This document shows positions 23,368 through 33,530 of a stretch of 64,000 bases of DNA, piece after piece. The position numbers were made by a program, and so were the translations under genes. Position 1 is the first letter of the stretch; the number at the start of each line of letters is the position of its first letter. Where the stretch lies: positions 45,877 through 109,876 of the forward strand of contig CAWEDJ010000071.1 of assembly GCA_963807635.1 (NCBI GenBank), given 5' to 3'. A model generated the notes under the pieces. The model searched no databases. It was not told the origin of the DNA and saw only the letters and a list, made by a program, of their open reading frames with translations. Source of the stretch: an uncultured cyanobacterium. GTDB lineage: Bacteria > Cyanobacteriota > Cyanobacteriia > Cyanobacteriales > Microcystaceae.

Positions 23368-24257
23368 CTAGTGACCAAATCGACAAACGACCCGAAAACC
23401 AATGTCATACAAGGAAGCATGGGGATCAAAGCGATCGCGTCTAGCGGAACGACATTTTTGGGGGCCTGACGTTCCAAGAACCTCCCCGAATCACCCGTTT
23501 ACTATCATCTCCGTTTATCTGCCAAATACTGCCATCAGTGGGCGCATTGGTATAATTACGATGCCAGGGATCGGCACACCATTCTCGAATATTACCGTGT
23601 AAATCAGACAGTCCAAAGGTATTTCCTACTGCAAAATGATTCACAGGTGTGGTTTCTCGGCGATCGCACCCCAAGAGGCCCCGCACCATAGGCTCCTTTA
23701 CTGCAAATTTTTGCTTGATATTCCCAATCTACCCCTGAATAGTTAGCGAGATCGGTGGTAAGGGTTTCCCCAAAGTGGAAAGGGGTTTGAGTATTTCCAC
23801 GACAGGCATATTCCCATTCCGCTTCACTGGGTAAGCCATATTTTTTATTGGTTAATTGGGACAATCTCGCACAAAACTCCATCGCTTCATACCAGGAAAC
23901 TTGCTCGACGGGACGATCAGCTCCCCGAAAATGAGCGCATTCTGGATCAAGAGATTCGGCAATTTTAGGGAGGCTTGCCACCACTGCCCACTGAGCCTGG
24001 GTAATCGGATATCGACTCATCCAAAAGTTGGGAATACTAACTCGATGTTGAGGCCCTTGGGAAGAGTGATAGCCTTCTTCGGTGTCAGGGGAACCCATCA
24101 GGAATTGCCCAGGGGGAATCGATACCATGTCCAAGAAAATTTCGTCTTTTAGTGGCTCTAAATAATGCTGGCTTGTTAGGCATTCCTTTTTAAGAAGTTT
24201 GCCCTCGGCATCAACCGTAATAGCTTCAAATTCAAAGAGAGAGGAATCTGTGATCAT
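23368..24257 (-). CDS. Formylglycine-generating enzyme (SUMF1/FGE-sulfatase) family protein; frameshifted
   Basis: FLMGSP, PVEQVSW, LPSEAEWEYACR, GL.DLHGN..EWC.D, RGGSW and GFRVV. Confidence 0.88.
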
Positions 24258-24739
24258 GCCTATTATTATCAGCTAGAAGGTTCGCGATCGCAACGACTCC
24301 AACGATCATTGGTCAACCATAATCCTTTCCATGACTAAAAATTGAATTTAAAATCTTGGCAAAATCACAGATGTGAGTTAAGATTAACCAGCCTCAAATT
24401 TTAATCCTCTTGATTTATTATTGTTTTATAAAATTAAGTCATCCTAAACGTTGAGTCAGTCGTTTACTGACTGGTAAAACCTTAAGGAAATTGATGGCTT
24501 TCTTGCCCTATGAAAATATATAGCCGCAATCATTATTGTCTATAATATCAATTATTACTATCTATGATACTTTGATGTAAGACAAGTTTTATGGGAACGG
24601 TAAACTGGTCGTAACAATACAAATGTTACCTAAATCATAGAATAAAGTCATTGATCATGATTGATTAAATCAAGTGATTTGTTAAAAAATTTGTTATTGT
24701 TAATTTCCCTTAGCGTTAATAATCGCCCCTATTGTATAG

Positions 24740-26164
24740 ATGACTGCTTTACCCAATCCCCGTCAGTCTTCTCCCCAATCCTATGCTGCAACTAGCCATC
24801 TTCCAGCCGAAACCTCTCCTATGTTGGCCTTGAAGGAACTTGTGGCGAGTTTGTATCGAGAACAGGGCAAGGTTCAAAATTTATTAAGTTCCCTCGGATT
24901 TGCCCTCAGAAGTTTTAATAATCTCAATCAATTTTTAGAACTCGCTCCTTTGATGGCCGCGAGAGTGACTGATGCGGAGGCGAGTGCCTTAATTTTATTC
25001 AAAACGAAGGCACAAATTACCCTAGAACAAATTCATGGTCAACCCCAACAATTGACCCAGGAAATTCGTCAAGCCTTAGAAGGGGTTCTCAAAACCTTTA
25101 ATGATGATAGCAACGCACAGGATCAAAAAACGTCGTTGACGAGTTTGGATGAACAAATTCGGTCTTGTTTAGGCTCTCGTATTCGACTGTATAACACGCC
25201 GATTTTAGTCAAAAATGAAGAACGGGGTAAGCTTTATGTTTTTAGTGTGGATTCCCAATATCTCTGGACTCAAACGCGACGGAAACTATTACAACTTGTT
25301 GCGGATCAAACGGCTGTCGCGATCGCCAATAGTGAATTAACGTCTGAATTGCGGGCTAAAGAAAGACAAGACCGAGAACTGGAAATCGCGTCAGAAATTC
25401 AAGACCGACTCTTGCCGAGACAATGTCCCCAAATTCAAGGATTAGACTTGGCGGCTCGTTGTGTGACGGCCAACCGTGTGGGGGGAGATTACTATGACTT
25501 TATTCCGACTAATTACGACCAATTACGCCAAGATGGGAAAAATGCCAAAAATGAATCCACGCCTTCTGTTCCCTGGAGTATTGTCATTGGGGATGTTATG
25601 GGAAAAGGCGTGCCAGCAGGCTTGATTATGACTATGACGCGGGGGATGTTACGGGCTGAAGTCCTCAACCGCCATAGTCCTGCCCAAATTCTCCACCACC
25701 TGAATCGCGTTATGTACGCCGATTTAGAAAACTCCCATCGGTTTGTCACGCTTTTTTATTCGGAATATGATCCTGACACCCGTGTTTTGTCTTTTAGTAA
25801 TGCGGCCCATAATCCCCCGTTACTGTGGAAATCAACTCAAGATCTCATCGGTTCTCTGGATACAGAAGGCTCTCTGATTGGATTAGATGGAGACTCCCAA
25901 TACGAAGATGCCCAGGTTCAACTCACCCCTGGAGATGTTTTGATTTATTACACCGATGGCCTGACGGATGCGGTCAACAATAACGGAGATCGCTTTGATG
26001 AGGGGAACTTAAAACGGGTTTTTCGGGAAGGGTGTGAACGGGGAACAACGGCCCAGGCTATCCTAGATTACATTTTTGATCGGATTCAGGACTTTATTGG
26101 GTCAGGAAATAATCATCAAGATGATATGACCCTGGTCATTATGCGGGTAAAATCATCGGAGTAA
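24740..26164 (+). CDS. GAF + PP2C/SpoIIE (RsbU-like) protein phosphatase
   Basis: VGGDYYDF, IGDVMGKGVPA, YTDGLTDA and DDMTL. Confidence 0.92.
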   Translation: MTALPNPRQSSPQSYAATSHLPAETSPMLALKELVASLYREQGKVQNLLSSLGFALRSFNNLNQFLELAPLMAARVTDAEASALILFKTKAQITLEQIHGQPQQLTQEIRQALEGVLKTFNDDSNAQDQKTSLTSLDEQIRSCLGSRIRLYNTPILVKNEERGKLYVFSVDSQYLWTQTRRKLLQLVADQTAVAIANSELTSELRAKERQDRELEIASEIQDRLLPRQCPQIQGLDLAARCVTANRVGGDYYDFIPTNYDQLRQDGKNAKNESTPSVPWSIVIGDVMGKGVPAGLIMTMTRGMLRAEVLNRHSPAQILHHLNRVMYADLENSHRFVTLFYSEYDPDTRVLSFSNAAHNPPLLWKSTQDLIGSLDTEGSLIGLDGDSQYEDAQVQLTPGDVLIYYTDGLTDAVNNNGDRFDEGNLKRVFREGCERGTTAQAILDYIFDRIQDFIGSGNNHQDDMTLVIMRVKSSE

Positions 26165-26189
26165 GACTTTATAATCTAGGATAAATGAA

Positions 26190-26452
26190 ATGCTTCTTGT
26201 AAATATGGTAGATATCTCAACCCTCAGCTTAAGTGGTATTGATACCCTCTTCGATCATCACAGCATTTCTCTCCTGGGTCATCAATTCTCTGACTTGACA
26301 ACTCTGCTTGCCCAAAATGCAGCAGACTTGAAAAAAATAGATATTATCGGCGATTTTCAAAAATCTTTCCAAAATTTTATCAAAACGGGTCAAGTCTGGC
26401 CCTGGGTATTGGCCTAGTTATTGGTTGGCTACTCAAGGGGTTTCTCGGTTAG
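26190..26452 (+). CDS. Small hypothetical membrane protein; frameshift near 26398
   Basis: The corrected C-terminus NFIKTGQVWALGIGLVIGWLLKGFLG matches a recurrent cyanobacterial small-protein pattern. Confidence 0.65.
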
Positions 26453-26510
26453 TTTATTAACCCCAAGTCAGTCCTACTAATTCATTATTTACAATTTACA
26501 GGGTTTTATC

Positions 26511-27900
26511 GTGACAACAGCAAAAAAAACGTGGAGCGATCGCTTTGAAGGGTCATTGCACCCCGCCATTGTGCTTTTTAATGCCAGTATCGGCTTTGAT
26601 ATTGAACTGATCGAGTATGACTTAAGCGGATCAGTCGCCCACGCCAAAATGTTAGGCCATACGGGGATTATTTCACCCACAGAGGCCGATCAATTGGTCG
26701 AAGGATTAGAAACCATCCGCCAGGAATATCGGGACGGTAAATTCACCCCAGGCATTGATCAAGAAGATGTGCATTTTGCAGTAGAACGACGACTCACGGA
26801 ATTAGTAGGGGATGTGGGCAAAAAACTCCATACAGCCCGTTCTCGTAATGATCAGGTCGGAACCGATGTTCGGCTTTATCTCCGCGCAGAAATAGACCAG
26901 ATTCGGGATTATCTTCGAGATTTTCAACGGGTTCTGGTGACGATCGCCGATAAAAATGTCGAAACCCTGATCCCAGGCTATACCCATCTCCAACGCGCCC
27001 AACCCGTTAGCCTCGCCCATCACTTTTTGGCGTATTTTCAGATGGCACAGCGAGATTGGCAACGCCTCGGAGAAATTCGCGCCCGTACTAATATTTCTCC
27101 CCTCGGATCGGGAGCCTTAGCAGGAACCACCTTTCCCATTGATCGCCATTATAGTGCTAATTTACTCGGTTTTGAAGGGGTTTATGCCAATAGCTTAGAT
27201 GGAGTCAGCGATCGCGACTTTGCCATTGAATTTCTCAATGCGGCGAGCCTAATCATGGTACATCTCAGCCGTCTGAGTGAAGAAATGATTCTCTGGGCTT
27301 CCCAGGAATTTAGCTTTATTAGCCTAACCGATAGCTGTGCAACGGGTTCTAGCATCATGCCCCAAAAGAAAAATCCTGATGTTCCCGAACTGATTCGCGG
27401 TAAAGCAGGACGAGTCATTCGGCCATCTTCAGGGAATGTTGGTTTTGATGAAGGGTTTACCCTTGGCCTATAACAAAGACCTCCAGGAAGATAAAGAAGC
27501 TCTCTTTGATGCGGTTAAAACTGTTAAAGTTTCCCTCGAAGCCATGACGGTTTTACTAGAAGAAGGGATTATTTTCCGTCAAGAAAGACTGGCAGAAGCG
27601 GTTTCTGAAGATTTTTCTAATGCCACCGATGTGGCAGATTATTTAGCAGCTAAGGGTGTGCCTTTCCGAGAAGCCTACAATTTAGTCGGAAAAGTGGTCA
27701 AAAGTAGTCTTGCGATCGGGAAATTACTCAAGGATCTCAGCCTAGAGGAGTGGAAAGCCTTACATCCTGCCTTTGAAAGCGATATTTATGATGCGATCGC
27801 TCCTCGACAGGTGGTTGCCGCCCGCAATAGCTATGGTGGCACAGGATTTGAGCAAGTCCGACTAGCCCTTGCATCAGCCAAAGCAGAAATTGGGCAATAG
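26511..27900 (+). CDS. argH: Argininosuccinate lyase; frameshift near 27418
   Basis: [34 protein letters not shown] and [14 protein letters not shown]. Confidence 0.96.
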
Positions 27901-27937
27901 GGTGACCATACTGGACTGAATCAGCCCTAGAAAACGA

Positions 27938-28234
27938 CTAAGGATTAGAAAGGAATAACTTCGCTGTAATGCCCAAAAGCGCACCAGCAACAATGACAAT
28001 CAGTGACCAGAGTTGATTTTTCTGGGTTCCGCCCAATTCTCTGACTTGACCTTCTAGCCCCGTCAATTTGGTTTCGACGGTTGCCAATTTGATGTTAGTT
28101 TGGTTGATTTCTTGGGTAAGTTTATCCAACTTCTCATCCGTCTTTTCAAAACGAGCATCTAATTTATCAAAACGCTCATTTATTGTATTTAGGATTTCCC
28201 TTAAGTCAGTCTCAACGGTCACTGGGCTTGGCAT
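27938..28234 (-). CDS. Small coiled-coil protein with a C-terminal TM helix
   Basis: Heptad-rich RFDKLDARFEKTDEKLDKL; hydrophobic end LWSLIVIVAGALLGI. Confidence 0.7.
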   Translation of the reverse strand: MPSPVTVETDLREILNTINERFDKLDARFEKTDEKLDKLTQEINQTNIKLATVETKLTGLEGQVRELGGTQKNQLWSLIVIVAGALLGITAKLFLSNP

Positions 28235-28348
28235 GGCTTAAACATCCTCGTACTGAAAAAGTTTATCAATGCCATTCTAACCCATGCTCTGATGAAAAAA
28301 AAGCATTTATGAGATAACCTGAAATTATTCTTTTTTAAATGCTTTTTT

Positions 28349-28804
28349 ATGCAACAAATTTGGCGATACCTCAAAACTTTTTTAAAAGTTGCCTTCCGTC
28401 ACCCTGTCACGGGGGTCACAATTGTCCCTATTTTGCCCGATGGACGCATCGCTCTAATCCAACGACGAGACTCTGGACAATGGGGTTTACCTGGCGGATT
28501 AGTCGATTACGGAGAAGATATTCCGACGACGGTAAGAAGGGAACTCACGGAAGAAACGGGACTAAATTTACTCAAAATTAGGCGTTTAGTAGGCGTTTAT
28601 TCCCATCCCGATCGCGATCCACGAATGCACTCCATCACCGTCTTAGTAGAAGCCGAAGTTGCAGGGAATTTAGCCACAAACGATACCCTAGAAGTATTAG
28701 ATGTCAAAGCTTTTACTTTGGAAGAATTACCCCTGGGCGATTTGAGCCATGATCACGATCGCCACCTGAATGATTTTTTACAAGGGTTAACGATTATTGC
28801 CTAA
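28349..28804 (+). CDS. NUDIX hydrolase
   Basis: Nudix box GGLVDYGEDIPTTVRRELTEETG. Confidence 0.92.
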   Translation: MQQIWRYLKTFLKVAFRHPVTGVTIVPILPDGRIALIQRRDSGQWGLPGGLVDYGEDIPTTVRRELTEETGLNLLKIRRLVGVYSHPDRDPRMHSITVLVEAEVAGNLATNDTLEVLDVKAFTLEELPLGDLSHDHDRHLNDFLQGLTIIA

Positions 28805-28826
28805 ATAATCTGATTTTTACTGTAAA

Positions 28827-28872
28827 ATAGAAATCTGTCAAATTTGATAGATTTCTATCTTTAAGATATAAT
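28827..28872 (+). promoter_or_regulatory. Sigma70-type promoter overlapped by a 32-bp palindrome
   Basis: TTGATA (28844-28849), 17 bp, TATAAT (28867-28872); palindrome ATAGAAATCTGTCAAA|TTTGATAGATTTCTAT at 28827-28858 with one mismatch. Confidence 0.7.
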
Positions 28873-28978
28873 CATTTTCAGAATTTCAGACTAAAATCAT
28901 TGTTTGTGATTATTGTCAATTTTTGCAACAAAGGACTATACCCCCTCACAACTAAATTGGATTTAAATTGAAATAATT

Positions 28979-29311
28979 ATGAAGAAATCACCAGTTAATC
29001 CACGCTTAACATTTGATTATGTGAAAAGTAGTCTATTTCGCACAATTCATGCTGATGGCGTAGTAGGAAGTATTACTCCAGCATCTAACATTTATATTGC
29101 TTTTTTTAATGAACGTTTTGCAATTCCCCAACAATTAGTATTTGAGATTCAACCTGATGGAGAAATCGGAGATGAAATTTTAGAATCTCGACGTTCCAGA
29201 GATTCGGTACTAAGAGAAATGGAGGTAGGAGTGACCATGAGTATTGATGCCGCAGAGTTTCTTCTGGAATCCTTACAAGAAATTATTAAGGAAGCAAAAG
29301 AACAAATGTAA
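28979..29311 (+). CDS. Hypothetical protein, DUF3467-like (cassette gene 1)
   Basis: FRTIHADGVVGSITP..NIYIAFFNER and REMEVGVTMS..AA..L..SL pattern; family call made by eye. Confidence 0.6.
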   Translation: MKKSPVNPRLTFDYVKSSLFRTIHADGVVGSITPASNIYIAFFNERFAIPQQLVFEIQPDGEIGDEILESRRSRDSVLREMEVGVTMSIDAAEFLLESLQEIIKEAKEQM

Positions 29312-29376
29312 GGAGACTAACATTTGTTTAAATTGTTAATCATCAACTTTAAAGATTCAACTAAGACAAAGCAATT

Positions 29377-29874
29377 ATGGCAACCACTTATCATAAGCCC
29401 AAAATTGAGAGTGTTTCGTCTGGGCGAATATATCGCACAAGATCTTTTCACGCAAGTAAGTATAGTCATTTCACTATTTCTAATAATATTGATTCTTTAT
29501 GGAAAATTCAACCCGCGTTAGATAATTTAGAAAAACTCTCCCTCTTGCCAAACAATTGGGACTCTTATGGTGCTGAATGTCCATCAACATTGGCCGTGGA
29601 GAATGCTCGTTCGTTTTTGTTTAAGTTGCCATCTTATTTTTCTTATTTATCGCCCCACGAAATTAATCCTTTTACAATAGTTCCAGTTTGTGATGGAGGG
29701 ATTCAAATAGAATGGCGTAATAAATATGCAGAAATTGAATTAGAAGTCGAATCTGATGGTAAATTTTCCTACTTACTTATTGATAAATCTCAAAAAGAAA
29801 GAGTTTTTCTAGAGAAACATGGAGTAGTTCCTTCAGATATAATTAAATTACTTGAAAAAGTATTTTATCATTGA
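29377..29874 (+). CDS. Hypothetical protein with a WDSYGA...DGGIQIEW motif (cassette gene 2; putative antitoxin)
   Basis: LSLLPNNWDSYGAECPS..AVENARSFL...VPVCDGGIQIEW...ELEVESDG, with a polar N-terminal extension of about 45 aa. Confidence 0.6.
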   Translation: MATTYHKPKIESVSSGRIYRTRSFHASKYSHFTISNNIDSLWKIQPALDNLEKLSLLPNNWDSYGAECPSTLAVENARSFLFKLPSYFSYLSPHEINPFTIVPVCDGGIQIEWRNKYAEIELEVESDGKFSYLLIDKSQKERVFLEKHGVVPSDIIKLLEKVFYH

Positions 29875-29903
29875 TTTTAAGTATCTTTTAGCTTCAATAT
29901 TAA

Positions 29904-30287
29904 ATGTTAGAAAGAATTTTAGACGAAGATGAGCTTTATCGGAGGCTACCTCTTATTTCTTTAAATAGTGACGGTACTGTTAATTCTGCGGCCTTTAAGC
30001 TTAGGGGTAAGCCAGATCCTAATATTTCCGTAGATCTCGCTAGATTGACAACTCCTCAAGAGAGTTTAAATAGAGTAGTAAATCCTAATAATTTTAGATT
30101 AGGAGCATTCCTTGCCAATACTCCACGAAATCTTGGATTGACAGTAATTCATGATCCTCTTAATGATAATTATGCTCATTCGCTCATTCAAGATAATGAA
30201 AACACACAAAATAGTAAAGTTATATGTCGTCTTCTTGCGGAATCTACCAAAGTTATTTTTCCTCCCGATGAGGTGATCGCAGATTAA
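29904..30287 (+). CDS. Small putative ADP-ribosyltransferase-fold protein (cassette gene 3; putative toxin)
   Basis: ELYRR (strand-1 Arg), NSAAF, ISVD (strand-2 Ser) and terminal NYAHSLI, spaced as in minimal ART/RES-like folds. Confidence 0.5.
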   Translation: MLERILDEDELYRRLPLISLNSDGTVNSAAFKLRGKPDPNISVDLARLTTPQESLNRVVNPNNFRLGAFLANTPRNLGLTVIHDPLNDNYAHSLIQDNENTQNSKVICRLLAESTKVIFPPDEVIAD

Positions 30288-30497
30288 ATGAAGTTTAGGT
30301 TACTCAGAATATTTTAATGGGAGTAAGTCTTGCTAATCTAAAGGATTTTCTTGAGAATATCTACAATATTTTCGTTATAAATTGGTCTTAAAATCCAGCT
30401 TAAGTAATAATTATAATCTGAGAAAAATTAACATTAATATCCTGATTCGGTGCATCTATTTTTGAACTAATTTTTTCCGTAATTCGGTTTTAATACC

Positions 30498-32033
30498 ATG
30501 AATTTTTCCCAACTTATCCAAGCAATGCAGGGGTCGAATTTTTATCCCCATTCAGTACACCCTGAAATTCGAGTTATTCAGACCCATTGCTCCATTGTCT
30601 TTTTAACTGGAAACTATGCCTATAAAATCAAAAAAAATGTTGATTTTGGCTTTCTAGATTACTCGACTCTCGCAAAGCGTCATTATTTTCTGCAACAGGA
30701 ATTGGAGATGAATCAAGCGATCGCTCCTGAGATCTATCTGGAAGTTTTGCCGATTAGTGAGATCGATACTTCTTTGGTTTTAGGAAGTTATAAAAACGTG
30801 GTGGAATACGTGCTTAAAATGGCTGAGTTTCCCCAGTCTGCTCTTTTAATTAGTTTGTTTGAAAGAGAGGAATTACAAGAATTCCATCTACGAGAATTGG
30901 GAGAAGTCGTTGCTAATTTTCACCAAAAAACCCATACAAATGATTATATTAAAAGTTTTGGAAACGTTGAAGTCATCAAAAAATCCATTGATGATAATTA
31001 TCAAGCGACCCAAAAATATATTGGGATTACTCAAACTCTGGAACAGTATCAGGAAACTCGACAATTTACCGATAATTTTTTAACTCAAAAAAAAGCTATT
31101 TTTGAATCCCGTTGTATCAATAATAAAATTCGGGAATGTCACGGAGATTTACACCTTAGAAATATTTGTTACTGGCACAATCAAATCCAACTCTTTGATC
31201 GCATTGAATTTAATGAACCCTTTCGCTTTGTGGATGTGATGTATGATATCGCCTTTACAGTGATGGATTTGGAGGCAAAGGGAAGAAAAGATTTAGGGAA
31301 TATTTTTCTGAATACCTATTTAGAAAAAACAGGAGATTGGGAAGGATTACAAGTATTGCCGTTTTATTTGTGTCGTCAAGCCTATGTGCGAGCTAAGGTG
31401 ACTTCTTTGTTATTAGATGATCAAAATATTACTGAATCAGAGAAAGAAAATGTGAAACAAATTGCGAAAAATTATTACCATTTAGCCTGGCAATATACCC
31501 AGAGTTCCCAAGGAAAAATGATTGTCATGTCGGGCTTGTCGGGTTCGGGGAAAAGTACCGTCGCCAAATATCTTGCGCCGAAAATAAATGCCATTCATCT
31601 GCGCTCTGATGCGGTGCGAAAACATTTAGCGGGAATTCCCCTAGATCAAGCTGGAGATGATAACTTATATAGTCCAGAAATGAATGAGAAAACCTATCAA
31701 TTTCTGTTAGAGTTAGGGCTTTTATTAATCAGTCAAGGATTTTCAGTGATTCTAGATGCGAAATATGACCGTCATCAATGGCGATCGCCTATTGTAAACG
31801 CGGCGGAAAAGGGTGATTTTTGCTTAAAAATTTTGTATTGTCAGGCTTCAATGGAAACCTTAACCACTCGGTTACAAACCAGGAAAGGTGATATTTCTGA
31901 TGCAACCCCTGATTTACTCGTTCAACAACAGGCAAATACTGATATTTTTAATGAAACGGAAAAAAAATACGCGATCGCAGTAAATACCGAGTCTGAGAAT
32001 TGGCAATCAGGTCTTGACTCTTGGTTAAACTAG
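30498..32033 (+). CDS. Aminoglycoside-phosphotransferase-like + AAA_33 P-loop bifunctional protein
   Basis: QTHCS.VFLTG.YAYKIKK, ECHGDLHLRNI, DRIEFN and C-terminal GLSGSGKST...RSDAVRK. Confidence 0.88.
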   Translation: MNFSQLIQAMQGSNFYPHSVHPEIRVIQTHCSIVFLTGNYAYKIKKNVDFGFLDYSTLAKRHYFLQQELEMNQAIAPEIYLEVLPISEIDTSLVLGSYKNVVEYVLKMAEFPQSALLISLFEREELQEFHLRELGEVVANFHQKTHTNDYIKSFGNVEVIKKSIDDNYQATQKYIGITQTLEQYQETRQFTDNFLTQKKAIFESRCINNKIRECHGDLHLRNICYWHNQIQLFDRIEFNEPFRFVDVMYDIAFTVMDLEAKGRKDLGNIFLNTYLEKTGDWEGLQVLPFYLCRQAYVRAKVTSLLLDDQNITESEKENVKQIAKNYYHLAWQYTQSSQGKMIVMSGLSGSGKSTVAKYLAPKINAIHLRSDAVRKHLAGIPLDQAGDDNLYSPEMNEKTYQFLLELGLLLISQGFSVILDAKYDRHQWRSPIVNAAEKGDFCLKILYCQASMETLTTRLQTRKGDISDATPDLLVQQQANTDIFNETEKKYAIAVNTESENWQSGLDSWLN

Positions 32034-32093
32034 AAAAAATCCATCCTATTGAACTCTTGTTATAGTGGGCAATGCTACTAGTTAAATTCTTTC

Positions 32094-33530
32094 ATGACAA
32101 CTCAATTTTTAAATAATCGTTATCAAATTGTGGCAACTCTCGGTAGAGGAGGGTTTGGGGAAACCTTTTTGGCGACCGATACCCATATGCCTTCAGCCCG
32201 AAAGTGCGTCATTAAACTGCTCAAACCCCTCGTCGAAGATCCAGAAATTCCCCAATGGCTGAAGGAGCGGTTTCAACGGGAAGCGGCAATTCTAGAAGAT
32301 TTGGGCGAAAATCATCCCCAAATTCCCCGATTGTATGCTTATTTTACTGAAAAAAATAATTTTTATTTAGTACAGGAATGGGTCGAAGGCTTTACGCTGA
32401 CTCAAAAGCACGAACAACAGGGAAATTTTTCCTCTGAACAAATTCAGGAGTTACTGATTGGTTTGCTGCCTGTTTTGGCTTTTATCCATGAACGCCGCAT
32501 TATTCACCGAGATATCAAACCCGATAACATTATTCTTCGTAATAGTGATGGCAAGCCTGTTCTGATTGATTTTGGCATTATCAAGGAAGCGATGGGAACG
32601 GTGGTTAATCCCGATGGTCGGAGTGCCTATTCCATTGCTTTGGGAACCCCTGGTTATATGTCCTCAGAGCAAGCCGCAGGTCGTCCTGTGTATTCCAGTG
32701 ATCTGTATAGTTTGGGATTAACGGCAATTTTTTTATTAACGGGCAAAACGCCCCAATATTTAGAGTCTGATTCTCGCACAGGGGAAATTCTCTGGCGCAA
32801 AGAGGCTCCCCAGGTTTCTGCTCAACTGGCCAATGTCTTAGATAAAAGTATTCATTTCCATCCCCGCGATCGCTTTACCTCGGCAGAAGAAATGTTAATG
32901 GCGTTGGTGAGTCGTCTGCCCAATAAGACCCAGAGTAGTTTTCAGAGCCATACCGAAGCGACCGTTGCTGTTGGTTCCAATCCCAAACGCCGCTCCAGTC
33001 GTCCCGTGACTAACCCCACCATTGAAATAGAAGAAGAAGAAACCGAAGAAAAGGGGAATCCTTGGATCGCTTGGATTGTCATGCCCTTAATTTTCCTCGT
33101 CATTATTGTCAGTGGATTAGCAGTGGGCTTTTTAATGGCGACGAAAAAACGGATGGAACCGCCCCAACCGTCTCCCACCGAAAGCATTGAACCCGCGCAA
33201 CCAGAATCATTCCCGACTCCTACTCCTTTAGTGATTCCCACCGTCAGACCCACTCCTGTACCGACCCCAATTCCGACCCCTGTGCCGACTCCGATTCCCA
33301 CTCCTGAAGTTTCTCCGAGTCTCGCTCCTGAAGTGAATCCCGAAAATCCCATTCCCCCCTTAACCCCGATTCCCAATCCAACCCCCTCGGCCAAGTCCAC
33401 TCCTATTTTTGTGCCGACTCCTGTCCCTGAAGCAAAACCGAGTCCCGTCTCAACGCCGACTCCTGAGATTAAACCGCTTCCAGAAAATGCTCCCCCCGCA
33501 CCGCCTATTGAGGAAAAACCTGTTAATTAG
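32094..33530 (+). CDS. Hanks-type Ser/Thr protein kinase with a TM helix and Pro/Thr-rich tail
   Basis: LGRGGFGETF, HRDIKPDN, DFG and GTPGYM; TM IAWIVMPLIFLVIIVSGLAVGFL; PTP(V/I) repeats. Confidence 0.93.
   Translation: MTTQFLNNRYQIVATLGRGGFGETFLATDTHMPSARKCVIKLLKPLVEDPEIPQWLKERFQREAAILEDLGENHPQIPRLYAYFTEKNNFYLVQEWVEGFTLTQKHEQQGNFSSEQIQELLIGLLPVLAFIHERRIIHRDIKPDNIILRNSDGKPVLIDFGIIKEAMGTVVNPDGRSAYSIALGTPGYMSSEQAAGRPVYSSDLYSLGLTAIFLLTGKTPQYLESDSRTGEILWRKEAPQVSAQLANVLDKSIHFHPRDRFTSAEEMLMALVSRLPNKTQSSFQSHTEATVAVGSNPKRRSSRPVTNPTIEIEEEETEEKGNPWIAWIVMPLIFLVIIVSGLAVGFLMATKKRMEPPQPSPTESIEPAQPESFPTPTPLVIPTVRPTPVPTPIPTPVPTPIPTPEVSPSLAPEVNPENPIPPLTPIPNPTPSAKSTPIFVPTPVPEAKPSPVSTPTPEIKPLPENAPPAPPIEEKPVN

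Noticed and set aside
33210..33500. Repetitive CC(G/C)AC(T/C)CC DNA as a possible repeat array or CRISPR
   Set aside because: It encodes the Pro/Thr linker of the kinase. No repeat-spacer structure or cas genes were seen anywhere in the window.
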